From positions 3,072,001-3,136,000 of the forward strand of contig OZ242005.1 of NCBI GenBank assembly GCA_965204725.1: a stretch of DNA of 64,000 bases. Reading direction: 5' to 3'. Position numbers and translations under genes: made by a program. How positions within the stretch are numbered: position 1 is the first letter of the stretch; every line of letters starts with the position of its first letter. Positions 27,908-36,847 of the stretch are shown here, piece after piece. Source of the stretch: Candidatus Latescibacterota bacterium (GTDB taxonomy: Bacteria > Latescibacterota > UBA2968 > UBA8231). Below the pieces are notes generated by a model that did no database searches, had not been told where the DNA came from, and was given only the letters and a program-made list of their open reading frames with translations.

Positions 27908-28795
27908 ATGGCTTTCTTGCCGACGATTGCGGTGTACGGCCGCATGATCAAATTCTCCCACAGCGTCTTTGCCCTGCCCTTTGCCTTTAGCGGTGCCTTG
28001 CTGGCCGCGGTCGGCACGGGTATCACCCCGGCCCAGATCGGCTGGATCGCGCTGGCGATGGTGGGGGCACGTAGCGCGGCCATGGGTTTTAATCGCCTCG
28101 TTGACCGCCATCTCGACGCGGCCAATCCCCGCACCCAAAACCGCGAACTGCCGCAAGGTGCGGTCTCGCCTCAGGCCGTGGGGTTGTTCGTGGTTCTGTC
28201 GGCCTTGGTCTTGGTCTTGGCAGCGCACCAACTCAACCCGTTGTGCTTATACCTGTCGCCGCTAGTTTTGGCCGTGCTCTTGTTCTATTCGCTAACCAAG
28301 CGCTTCACTTGGGCCTCTCACTTGGTTTTGGGGTTGAGTTTGGGCGGGGCGCCGCTGGGCGCGTGGATTGCGGTCACTGGGGGGGTTGACCTCGTCCCGC
28401 TCCTGCTCTGCTTGGGGGTGCTGGTTTGGGTGGCCGGCTTTGACATCATCTACGCTTGCCAAGACCGCGCCTTTGACATCCGGGCCGGACTCCATTCCAT
28501 CCCGGTCCGCTTTGGCATTGCCCGCGCCCTATCCATGGCCCGCGCCTTGCACCTATTGTTCGTGGTGCTGCTCGTGCTCGTGGGTCGCACGGCCGGCTTG
28601 AGCCTGTTGTATTGGTTGGGCGTCGCAGTGGTCGCCGGCTTGCTGGTGTACGAGCACCGGCTGGTGCGGGCCGACGACCTGTCCCGCTTGAGCACGGCCT
28701 TTATGACGGTCAACAGCGCGGTCAGCCTGATCTATTTTGCCGCGATCTGGGCCGATCTGCTCGTCTTTGGCGAGGGAGAATTGCTGCGCTTGTGA
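27908..28795 (+). CDS. mqnP: UbiA-like polyprenyltransferase of the futalosine pathway
   Basis: IKFSHSVFALPFA, ARSAAMGFNR..D...D..NPRT, GFDIIYACQD. Confidence 0.87.
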   Translation: MAFLPTIAVYGRMIKFSHSVFALPFAFSGALLAAVGTGITPAQIGWIALAMVGARSAAMGFNRLVDRHLDAANPRTQNRELPQGAVSPQAVGLFVVLSALVLVLAAHQLNPLCLYLSPLVLAVLLFYSLTKRFTWASHLVLGLSLGGAPLGAWIAVTGGVDLVPLLLCLGVLVWVAGFDIIYACQDRAFDIRAGLHSIPVRFGIARALSMARALHLLFVVLLVLVGRTAGLSLLYWLGVAVVAGLLVYEHRLVRADDLSRLSTAFMTVNSAVSLIYFAAIWADLLVFGEGELLRL

Positions 28796-28845
28796 CGGGC
28801 GAGTGGTCTAGGCGCTAGACAAGCGGTCCGATGAGGAGAAAATCC

Positions 28846-30516
28846 ATGAACATCAATGCGACTATTATCGATCAGAGGGTATCGGGTATTGTTGACGAGT
28901 ACCCCGAATGGCTACCGCAAGGGAACGACATCAACCAAAAGAAGTCGGCGGCCTTTGTGCTCCTGTGTATGTCAACGTGCCTTGAAATGACGCTTGCAGA
29001 CAGTGCCGAGTTGCTTACTGAAGGAGGAAACGATGCCGGCGTTGATGGGCTTCACGTGGGCGAGGTTGAAGATGGTGATTTTCTCGTCACGATTTTCCAA
29101 GGCAAATACAAAGTCAAGGACCTAAGCGGCCAGGCAAACTTCCCGGAAAACGACGTGCAAAAAGCGGTGGATACCGTGCGGATATTGTTTGATCCCAATA
29201 GGAATGTCGCGCTAAATAAAAAAATAGCTCCTAAAATTGAGGAAATTCGCTCGTTGATCCGCGATGCGTATATTCCCAATGTGCGGGTAATTCTTTGCAA
29301 TAACGGAGATCGGTGGACATCACAAGCAGATAGTTGGGTAACTGACGCCGAAGAGCAGTACGGCGACAAAGTGAAGTTCCTCCACTTCAACCACGATTCC
29401 ATCGTCCGTATCTTACAGCGCAGCAAACAGGTGGATACCACCCTGACGCTTAGTGGGCAAGCCATTGTAGAAGATATGAACTACATGCGCGTTTTGGTCG
29501 GGCGCGTTTCCGTGCAAGAGATCCAACGACTGTTTAACGATCACGGAGACAGCCTGCTAGAGCGCAATATCCGCCGTTACCTCGGGCTTCACACCAATCG
29601 CGGCAACACCGCCATTCACGAGACGCTTTGCGATCCAAACAAATCCGACAAATTCTACTTCTACAACAACGGCATTACCGCAGTCTGCGACCGATTCGAT
29701 TACAACGCTTTTCAGCAATCAGACTACCAAGTGCAACTCAAGAATATACAGGTGATTAACGGGGGGCAGACCTGCAAGACGATTCAAGAAACACTCAATG
29801 GAATTTTGCCCAACCTGTGCGGCGAGTCAGCGTATCTGTTGATTCGCGTTTACCAGTTGGCCGATACCCATAAAGGGTTCGTCCAAGACATCACCTACGC
29901 GACCAACAGTCAAAACCCAGTGGATCTCAGAGATTTGCGATCTAACGATGAGATGCAGAAGCGGTTGGAGTTGGGCTTGTCTGGGCTGGGCTATACGTAC
30001 AAACGCCAGCGGGAGGAAGGGGGAGGGGGGGCGTCGGTTATCACGAGTTCGATTATGGCTGAAGCCGTGCTCGCAATCTGGCGAGAAAGACCGCACCAAG
30101 CCAAATTTCGCCGCAAAGAACACTTTGGCAAACTGTACGAGGATATCTTTGAGCAACTCAATGCGGCTCAGGCATTGCTTGCGGTCTTGATTTTCAGGGC
30201 GGTCGAAAACAAAAGGAAACGTCCGACAACGACCACGCCGCCGGACTTTCTACCCTATTCGTCTCACTACATCGCCATGTTGATCGGGCGCACACTCCTC
30301 AAGGATAAGGATACCCCCCTCGATCAGGTTTCCCATCGAAACATTCAGGAACTCTTAAAGGCACTTGAGGACGATCAAGCCCAATACCATGCGGATGCCG
30401 TCCAAGCGCTGGAAAACGCGCTAACGGCTTGCTACGGAGACCGAGATGTTTCGCTCCAGCAGTTGTCGGCGACCTTCCGGCGCGGCGACCTACTCGAAAT
30501 GCTCGACGACACCTAG
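28846..30516 (+). CDS. AIPR (abortive infection phage resistance) family protein
   Basis: DAGVDG...FQGKY N-terminal nuclease-like motif; LLERNIRRYLG, FYFYNNGIT, QVINGGQT, ATNSQN, DLRSND; SD GAGGAG. Confidence 0.9.
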   Translation: MNINATIIDQRVSGIVDEYPEWLPQGNDINQKKSAAFVLLCMSTCLEMTLADSAELLTEGGNDAGVDGLHVGEVEDGDFLVTIFQGKYKVKDLSGQANFPENDVQKAVDTVRILFDPNRNVALNKKIAPKIEEIRSLIRDAYIPNVRVILCNNGDRWTSQADSWVTDAEEQYGDKVKFLHFNHDSIVRILQRSKQVDTTLTLSGQAIVEDMNYMRVLVGRVSVQEIQRLFNDHGDSLLERNIRRYLGLHTNRGNTAIHETLCDPNKSDKFYFYNNGITAVCDRFDYNAFQQSDYQVQLKNIQVINGGQTCKTIQETLNGILPNLCGESAYLLIRVYQLADTHKGFVQDITYATNSQNPVDLRDLRSNDEMQKRLELGLSGLGYTYKRQREEGGGGASVITSSIMAEAVLAIWRERPHQAKFRRKEHFGKLYEDIFEQLNAAQALLAVLIFRAVENKRKRPTTTTPPDFLPYSSHYIAMLIGRTLLKDKDTPLDQVSHRNIQELLKALEDDQAQYHADAVQALENALTACYGDRDVSLQQLSATFRRGDLLEMLDDT

Positions 30517-30530
30517 CCGATGGTCGAGCG

Positions 30531-33500
30531 ATGAGCGTAAGAGAGGATGTACGCGCCGCGCTTGCGGCCATACCACAGGGCAATTTTGCTGCGGCCGCGC
30601 AAGACTTGCTCGCTGTTCTCGGTTATCAGAGCGAGCGCACCTTGCCCGGGCAGACAGACTTCATGGCGCAGTTTCCCGCCCCGAAGGCAAACACGAAGAC
30701 CGAGCAAGCATTTGGCGAGTGCGTCCAATCCGTGCAACTCGTCTTTCAGGTGACGAGCGATGAAATCGCCGCGGCCAATCAGCCAGCCGCTTCCTTCGAC
30801 GCGGGGCAGCAGCAGAGCTTTATCTTCTTCGCTGTCGCGCTCAAGGAAGCAAGCTATGCTCGCGGCCAGTACGCGCAGTTCACCCGCGCGATCAACAAGC
30901 GTCTGCGCCAACCCGCTGTCGTTTTGTTTAAGACCACCGACCATCGGCTCACCTTGGCGTTTGTGCATCGCCGCGAGCACAAGCGCGCTGGCAAGCGGGA
31001 CGTGCTGGGCCATGTGTCCCTGATCCGGGAGATTGCCCCGGCCGACCCGCACCGCGCCCATCTGGACATCCTCGCCGAATTGGCCTTGCCCAATCTGCTG
31101 GCGTGGATGGACGCCCGCGCCAAGCCGCACAATTTTGACGGACTGCTGGCCGCTTGGTTGGACAAACTGGACACCGAAGAACTCAACCGGCGGTTTTACC
31201 GCGACTTGTTCGGCTGGTTTAAGCGGGCGGTCCAAGAGGCCAAGTTTCCCACTGATCAGGCCCGAACCCGGCCGGCCGAGGAGCACGTTATCCGCCTCAT
31301 CACGCGCCTGTTATTCGTTTGGTTTATCAAGGAAAAGGGACTGATTGCCGAGGACCTATTCATTGAGGCGCGCGTTAAAAACTTGCTAAAAAGCTACGAC
31401 CGAGACGCGGGCGATTCGTACTATCGGGCGGTGCTGCAAAACCTATTTTTCGCCACCCTGAACACCGAGATTGGCAAGCGCGGTTTTAGCCAAGTAGAGA
31501 AACCTACGCACCGCAACTTTTCGCTGTATCGCTACAAACGGGAAATCAGCGACCCCAACGCGCTTTTGGCCCTGTTCGCCCAAACGCCCTTTATCAACGG
31601 CGGTTTGTTCGATTGCTTGGACAGCGAGGAGGCGACGCGAGATGGCGGCTATCGGATCGATTGCTTCTCCGATAGGCATTACAAAAAGTTGAGCATCCCC
31701 AACCGGCTATTTTTTGCCGACGACGGGCTGATTACGCTGTTCAACCACTACAAGTTCACGGTCGAAGAAAACACGCCCATAGAGCAGGAGGTCGCTCTAG
31801 ACCCGGAGTTGCTCGGCAAGGTTTTTGAGAATTTATTGGCGGCCTACAACCCGGAGACGCGTGCGACAGCGCGCAAGCAAACGGGCTCCTACTACACGCC
31901 CCGCGCCGTGGTGGACTACATGGTAGATGAGGCGTTGGTGGCAGTGCTGGCCGAAAAGGCGCAGCCCGACGATGGCGACGCAGCGTACTGGCAAGCGCGT
32001 TTGCGCTATTTGCTGGATTACGAAGACGCATTCGACGATGCCAATGAGCTTTTTGAGGAAGCCGAAGCGGAGGGCGTTGTGCGGGCGATTGCGGAAATCA
32101 AGGTGCTAGACCCGGCGGTTGGTTCCGGTGCATTTCCAATGGGCGTACTACACAAGCTGACCTTGGCGTTGCAGCGGATTGACCCCGGCAACCTGCGCTG
32201 GCAAGCCTTGCAAAAGGAACGCACCAGCGCAAAGGCGGACGCGGCGTTTGAGACCAAGGACCAACGGGAACGCGATGCCGAATTGCTGGAAATTAGCGAA
32301 ACCTTTGAGCGGTATTCGGGCGATTTTGGACGCAAGCTGTATCTCATTCAGAACAGCATCTTCGGCGTGGATATTCAGCCCATCGCCTGTCAGATCGCCA
32401 AGCTGCGCTTTTTCGTTTCGCTGGCGATAGAGCAGAAGGCCGACGAGACCGCCGACAACTTTGGCATCAAGCCGCTGCCGAATTTGGAGACACGCTTTGT
32501 CGCGGCGAACGCGCTGTTGAATCTTGACAAGCCAACCCAAATGCCCCTCGGGCAAACGGAAGCGGTGAATCGGCTGGAACGGGAACTGAACGAAAACCGC
32601 GAGCGGCACTTTCATGCGACCACGCGCCAAGACAAGTTGGAGTATCGCCGACAGGACGCTCGGCTACGTAAAGAACTGGCCGCCGAGTTGCAGAGCAGCC
32701 TGAGTGCTGCCGCCGCGAACCAAGTCGCGTCATGGGATCCCTACGACCAGAATGCGGATGCGGATTGGTTCGACGCGGAGTATATGTTTGGCATTGCCGA
32801 CGGGTTTGACGTGGTGATTGGGAATCCGCCGTATATTGAGTCGAGAAATAGCCTGCTATCGGACGCATTGAAGGATTCTTACGGCAACCAAGTCCAAACC
32901 GATTGGGGAGAGACCCTACCTCGTGGGAGCGATCTACTCATTTACTTTTACTCCCGTTCTGTGAAACTCCTAAATGACTTGGGTTGTGGCTGCCTGATTA
33001 CACAAAATGCTTGGCTCAGCACCGACTACGGGCAAGAATTTCAAAGGTTTTCACTCGGAAAACTCTCATTCCAGAAAATCATCGACACTACGGCCAAGTT
33101 CTTTTCTGATGTTAAGAGTCAGAACATCAATGCCGTCATCACAGTTTTTACCAAGAACCATTTGCAAGATATAGAATACGGAGTTGTAAACAGCGACATG
33201 GAGGTCGTTGAGAGAAGAACCATTGAAGCGAGACAAACAATGAAATGGGGGCATCTTTTTTCTATGCCGCAATTCTATGCAGATGTATTAGCAAAAGTAT
33301 CTGCCACTTCGGGTACGGGAAATACAATCACCTTTGGGCAAGGAATAAATTTTCCCAAGAGGAAACTAAACGAGGGTGATGCCAAGGTACCCGTCATCGT
33401 CAAGGACGCGCAATTTGTTGCCTTTTCTGCTGACGGAAGAGTACGAGGACGCGAGATTAGCAGCCGTAGAAAAAACAAAATACCAGCACTTATTATGCCG

Positions 33501-33989
33501 CGTGGGATAGGAGATCGCCACTATTGTACCTTTAATTTGTGCAAGGCGTTTTCATACAGCCATGTGGAGTTGTACCTGCCCAGTGACCTTTGGGAATCAG
33601 AAATGCACTATTGCCTATGGGCTTACATGAATTCTTCTTTTGTCTGGTTATTCAGAGAAATTACCGGCCGGAAGAATCTCGGCGGCGGTATGTTGAAAGC
33701 CGAAGCGACTGACATGAAGACATTGCCTGTCAACGTTAGCTTCAATTTTGCCAAGGATGCAAAGGAAGTGTTTGAGAGCATCAAAGATAGGGAGCCGATG
33801 TCTGTTTCGGAAGAGATTTACACAGATGAGCATGTACTCATAGACGACATGGTGGCCGACGCTCTCGGCTTTAAGGATCTGTTGGAAAGTATTAAGGAAA
33901 CCCTAGTTCGGCAGGTAGATTCCCGCTTGTCCAAAGCGCAATCTGTTAGGAGACCAAAACATGGCTATATCGGTTCAACTTCCTCGTGA
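30531..33989 (+). CDS. Eco57I/type IIG-like N6-adenine DNA methyltransferase with C-terminal target-recognition domain
   Basis: PFINGGLF, LGKVFENLL, GSYYTP, DPAVGSGAF, FGVDIQ, GFDVVIGNPPY. Confidence 0.88.
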   Translation: MSVREDVRAALAAIPQGNFAAAAQDLLAVLGYQSERTLPGQTDFMAQFPAPKANTKTEQAFGECVQSVQLVFQVTSDEIAAANQPAASFDAGQQQSFIFFAVALKEASYARGQYAQFTRAINKRLRQPAVVLFKTTDHRLTLAFVHRREHKRAGKRDVLGHVSLIREIAPADPHRAHLDILAELALPNLLAWMDARAKPHNFDGLLAAWLDKLDTEELNRRFYRDLFGWFKRAVQEAKFPTDQARTRPAEEHVIRLITRLLFVWFIKEKGLIAEDLFIEARVKNLLKSYDRDAGDSYYRAVLQNLFFATLNTEIGKRGFSQVEKPTHRNFSLYRYKREISDPNALLALFAQTPFINGGLFDCLDSEEATRDGGYRIDCFSDRHYKKLSIPNRLFFADDGLITLFNHYKFTVEENTPIEQEVALDPELLGKVFENLLAAYNPETRATARKQTGSYYTPRAVVDYMVDEALVAVLAEKAQPDDGDAAYWQARLRYLLDYEDAFDDANELFEEAEAEGVVRAIAEIKVLDPAVGSGAFPMGVLHKLTLALQRIDPGNLRWQALQKERTSAKADAAFETKDQRERDAELLEISETFERYSGDFGRKLYLIQNSIFGVDIQPIACQIAKLRFFVSLAIEQKADETADNFGIKPLPNLETRFVAANALLNLDKPTQMPLGQTEAVNRLERELNENRERHFHATTRQDKLEYRRQDARLRKELAAELQSSLSAAAANQVASWDPYDQNADADWFDAEYMFGIADGFDVVIGNPPYIESRNSLLSDALKDSYGNQVQTDWGETLPRGSDLLIYFYSRSVKLLNDLGCGCLITQNAWLSTDYGQEFQRFSLGKLSFQKIIDTTAKFFSDVKSQNINAVITVFTKNHLQDIEYGVVNSDMEVVERRTIEARQTMKWGHLFSMPQFYADVLAKVSATSGTGNTITFGQGINFPKRKLNEGDAKVPVIVKDAQFVAFSADGRVRGREISSRRKNKIPALIMPRGIGDRHYCTFNLCKAFSYSHVELYLPSDLWESEMHYCLWAYMNSSFVWLFREITGRKNLGGGMLKAEATDMKTLPVNVSFNFAKDAKEVFESIKDREPMSVSEEIYTDEHVLIDDMVADALGFKDLLESIKETLVRQVDSRLSKAQSVRRPKHGYIGSTSS

Positions 33990-34188
33990 TGCGGAACAAC
34001 GGCTTGATTTTCTGGCGGCGCAAACGGGGCGCACCAAGGACGTCTGCCTACGCGAAGTTATAGAACGGGGCCTTGAGGATATGGAGGACTACTACCTCAC
34101 GGCCGAAGTCCTGAAGCGCGTCCGAAACGGTGAGGAGCAGGTGTACTCTGCTGCTGAGGTAAAAAAAGCCCTTGGCTTGGACGATTGA
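33961..34188 (+). CDS. RelB/CopG-like (ribbon-helix-helix) antitoxin
   Basis: RLDFLAAQTGRTK...LEDMEDYY...YSAAEVKKALGL pattern; overlaps a RelE-like start. Confidence 0.82.
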   Translation: MAISVQLPRDAEQRLDFLAAQTGRTKDVCLREVIERGLEDMEDYYLTAEVLKRVRNGEEQVYSAAEVKKALGLDD

Positions 34189-34345
34189 GTACACCGAGAC
34201 CGCTGTCGATCGACTTCGCAAACTGGACAAACAGATGGCTCGTCGTATTGTCGTGAAGTGTATTTCAGGAGGAAAATCTGATGAGTACGCATTGGCTGGA
34301 TATACAGAGTTTCCAACAAAGTCAGGAACTTCTGTCGGCGATTAA
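34172..34345 (+). pseudogene. Truncated RelE/StbE toxin
   Basis: TTG at 34172 gives MAWTIEYTETAVDRLRKLDKQMARRIV, a typical RelE N-terminus. Resemblance ends near 34252 and the frame stops at 34345. Confidence 0.78.
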
Positions 34346-34733
34346 TACCCTGTCTATTCACCGTAAATTGACTGACAAGGGGCATCCTGATACGGATAGA
34401 AAAGAAGCCGCGGAACAGGCTCTGGAAACCCTTGTTGCTTTTTTTGAGAAACTGGATAAGATCGTTCAGGACATCGAAGATGGGCATCGGAAGCCTATCC
34501 TAGGTGTGGATGCACGGTTGCGTCATTTGGCGGAAAATTACGTTTATGCAAAACGTTATCAAGGACAATCTCGTTCCCCATTCTCCGAACACCCTCTTTC
34601 TCAAGTTAGACCGTTATTCTATTCTAAATGTCCTGAAGATCGCCGCGAAGCCTTAAAAATACTGGAGGCTTTTCGTGAACTACTTGAGGAGCATGTTAGT
34701 GTTGATGCGAAGCGATTGCTAGGAGATATCTAA
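34281..34733 (+). CDS. Hypothetical alpha-helical protein (150 aa)
   Basis: SD AGGAGG; AT-richer than the host genes; stop abuts the next start. Confidence 0.8.
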   Translation: MSTHWLDIQSFQQSQELLSAINTLSIHRKLTDKGHPDTDRKEAAEQALETLVAFFEKLDKIVQDIEDGHRKPILGVDARLRHLAENYVYAKRYQGQSRSPFSEHPLSQVRPLFYSKCPEDRREALKILEAFRELLEEHVSVDAKRLLGDI

Positions 34734-35849
34734 TTGTTTCATATCCTCCGACAAAACAACGCTGATTTACTTCGGGAGATTGTCAGGCTCAAAGAAATTC
34801 TTTACAACAGCCGGGAGACTTTTCCAGAAGAACTCACGCCGTACTATACTTGGGTCGTTGAGAAATGTGTTGACCTACATCGGAACGTGAGGCAAAATCT
34901 CCAAGATATCGATCTTCAGCAGCAAGATATAGTCCCCGATATTCTGAGTAGGACACAGGTCGTTGAACAGGAATTTCGTCTGTTCAATCAGCGATGGGTT
35001 AGCCCTGTTTTGCGTACACTGTCTTCGGATCGCCTCTGCCTGAAGATACTGCGCTGGCTCCACGCATCCAATCCCAGCACTGAGCATATTCCCGTTGCAT
35101 TCAGCGATGACGAATTCAGTATCTTGCCTATGGAGCCATCGATTTATTTTATGCCGCCTTCATCTCAACACGGGCTTCTTTATCTTCCACTCTTTTTTCA
35201 CGAATACGGTCATCTTCTATATAGCTGTCACAAGCTAGAAATGGACGATCTAACAAGTAGTTTTCAGACAGCCCTTGAAGACCTTCTTCGGCCTAATGTA
35301 CAGCGCAATGACCTCCACGCTCAAGAGGAGGGAACAAAGCGAGTCACCATCATTGAGACTTGGTATGGGTGGATGCAGGAGGTATTTTGCGACGCTATTG
35401 GATTCTGCATCGGTGGCTCTGCTTTTCTCAGGGCCTTTTCTATGTATCTTAGAATGAACGGACGAAGTGAGTTTAAGGTCCCTGTTGACGAATTGGTGCA
35501 TAGATCTCACCCGGTTACTTTTCTAAGAGTTCGGCTGCTTTCTGACCTAGTCAGGAGGATGGGATACAACGCTGAAGCCGATAAATTGGAAGAAGAATGG
35601 GAGAAAATTGCTCAGGCTATAGGGATTGTCGAAGATTATTTTGGATACTATGAGGAACCTTTTCTGCCTGAGCTACGGCAGACCATTGATGATATGCTGG
35701 TTGAAGCTGCCCCCCAAATGTTTAGCGGTGAAAAAGAAGGGTCTCCCGTGGGCCTTTTGAATCAGGCTTGGCGAAAATTCGATGCTGACTTCGACGCTTA
35801 CTCGGACTGGGAAACACAGGTTATTGAAAATTTTCTCAAAGATGAATAG
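34734..35849 (+). CDS. Hypothetical HEXXH zinc-metallopeptidase-like protein (371 aa)
   Basis: LFFHEYGHL, distal WMQEVFCDAIG and SHPVTFLRV, resembling a gluzincin/M48 ligand arrangement; no signal peptide. Confidence 0.7.
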   Translation: MFHILRQNNADLLREIVRLKEILYNSRETFPEELTPYYTWVVEKCVDLHRNVRQNLQDIDLQQQDIVPDILSRTQVVEQEFRLFNQRWVSPVLRTLSSDRLCLKILRWLHASNPSTEHIPVAFSDDEFSILPMEPSIYFMPPSSQHGLLYLPLFFHEYGHLLYSCHKLEMDDLTSSFQTALEDLLRPNVQRNDLHAQEEGTKRVTIIETWYGWMQEVFCDAIGFCIGGSAFLRAFSMYLRMNGRSEFKVPVDELVHRSHPVTFLRVRLLSDLVRRMGYNAEADKLEEEWEKIAQAIGIVEDYFGYYEEPFLPELRQTIDDMLVEAAPQMFSGEKEGSPVGLLNQAWRKFDADFDAYSDWETQVIENFLKDE

Positions 35850-35893
35850 ACACCGATATTTACCTAATCCCCCTCACGCTTGGAGATCATCCA

Positions 35894-36847
35894 ATGAACG
35901 CCATACCCTATTCTCGCCGCACCTTTCTCAAGCTGTCGGCTGCCACGGCCGCCGGCCTTTCCATAAGTGCTGCTCCGTCCCACCGCGACATGCCCCATCG
36001 GGTCTTGGGTCGCACGGGCGAAGCCGTCTCCCTGCTCGGGTTGGGGGGCGCGCATATAGCTGACCACGGCAACATGGAGGAGAAAGAGGCCATCGCCTTG
36101 ATGCACGCGGCCATCGACGAGGGGATCAACTTCTTCGACAACGCTTGGGGGTACTCCAACGGCGAGAGCGAAGAGCGCATGGGCAAGGCACTGCGCGGCG
36201 GCTACCGCGACCGCGTATTTCTAATGACCAAGGACGCGAGCCGCCACCCCAAGCGAGCGATTGCCCACCTCGAAGAGAGCTTGCGCCGGCTGCAAACCGA
36301 CGCGATTGACCTGTGGCAGTTTCACAATATCAGACGGCCCGACGACCCAAAGCGGATATACGAGCAGGGCCTGTTGGAGGCCGCGCTCAAAGCCAAAGAG
36401 GAGGGCAAAATTCGCTACATCGGCTTCACCGGCCATACCTTGCCCGCCCTGCATGTGGAGATGATCGAGCGCGGCTTTGCTTGGGACGCCACGCAGATGC
36501 CGGTCAACGTGTTCGACCCGCACTACCTCAGCTTTGTCGAGGATGTGCTGCCGGTCGCCGTGGAAAGGAACATCGGGGTCATTGCCATGAAGACCTTGGC
36601 GGGTTCGCCCGGAGCGATTCTCGCAACGGGCGCGGCCACGGCGGCCGAGTGCCTGCGCTACGCCATGAGCTTGCCGGTAGCGACCGTATGTTCTGGAATG
36701 GATTCGCTGGAAAAATTGCGGCAGAATGCGGCCATCGCCCGGCAGTTCGCGCCCTTAGCCGACGACGAGCGGCTCGCGCTTTTGGCACGCACCCAAGAGC
36801 AGGGGATGCAGGGCGAACACGAGTCGTACAAGGCTCGCCAGCCTTGA
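35894..36847 (+). CDS. Aldo/keto reductase with a Tat signal
   Basis: SRRTFLK; GINFFDNAWGY, FLMTK, IDLWQFH, GKIRYIGFTGH, IAMKTL. Confidence 0.9.
   Translation: MNAIPYSRRTFLKLSAATAAGLSISAAPSHRDMPHRVLGRTGEAVSLLGLGGAHIADHGNMEEKEAIALMHAAIDEGINFFDNAWGYSNGESEERMGKALRGGYRDRVFLMTKDASRHPKRAIAHLEESLRRLQTDAIDLWQFHNIRRPDDPKRIYEQGLLEAALKAKEEGKIRYIGFTGHTLPALHVEMIERGFAWDATQMPVNVFDPHYLSFVEDVLPVAVERNIGVIAMKTLAGSPGAILATGAATAAECLRYAMSLPVATVCSGMDSLEKLRQNAAIARQFAPLADDERLALLARTQEQGMQGEHESYKARQP

Noticed and set aside
28816-35852. TAGACA at both ends of the defence island as a target-site duplication
   Set aside because: Only 6 bp, expected by chance, with no integrase, transposase or tRNA nearby.
36313-36843. 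N-terminal extension of protease 1 given in the ORF track
   Set aside because: It overlaps the AKR gene in another frame; the signal peptide begins at TTG 36844.
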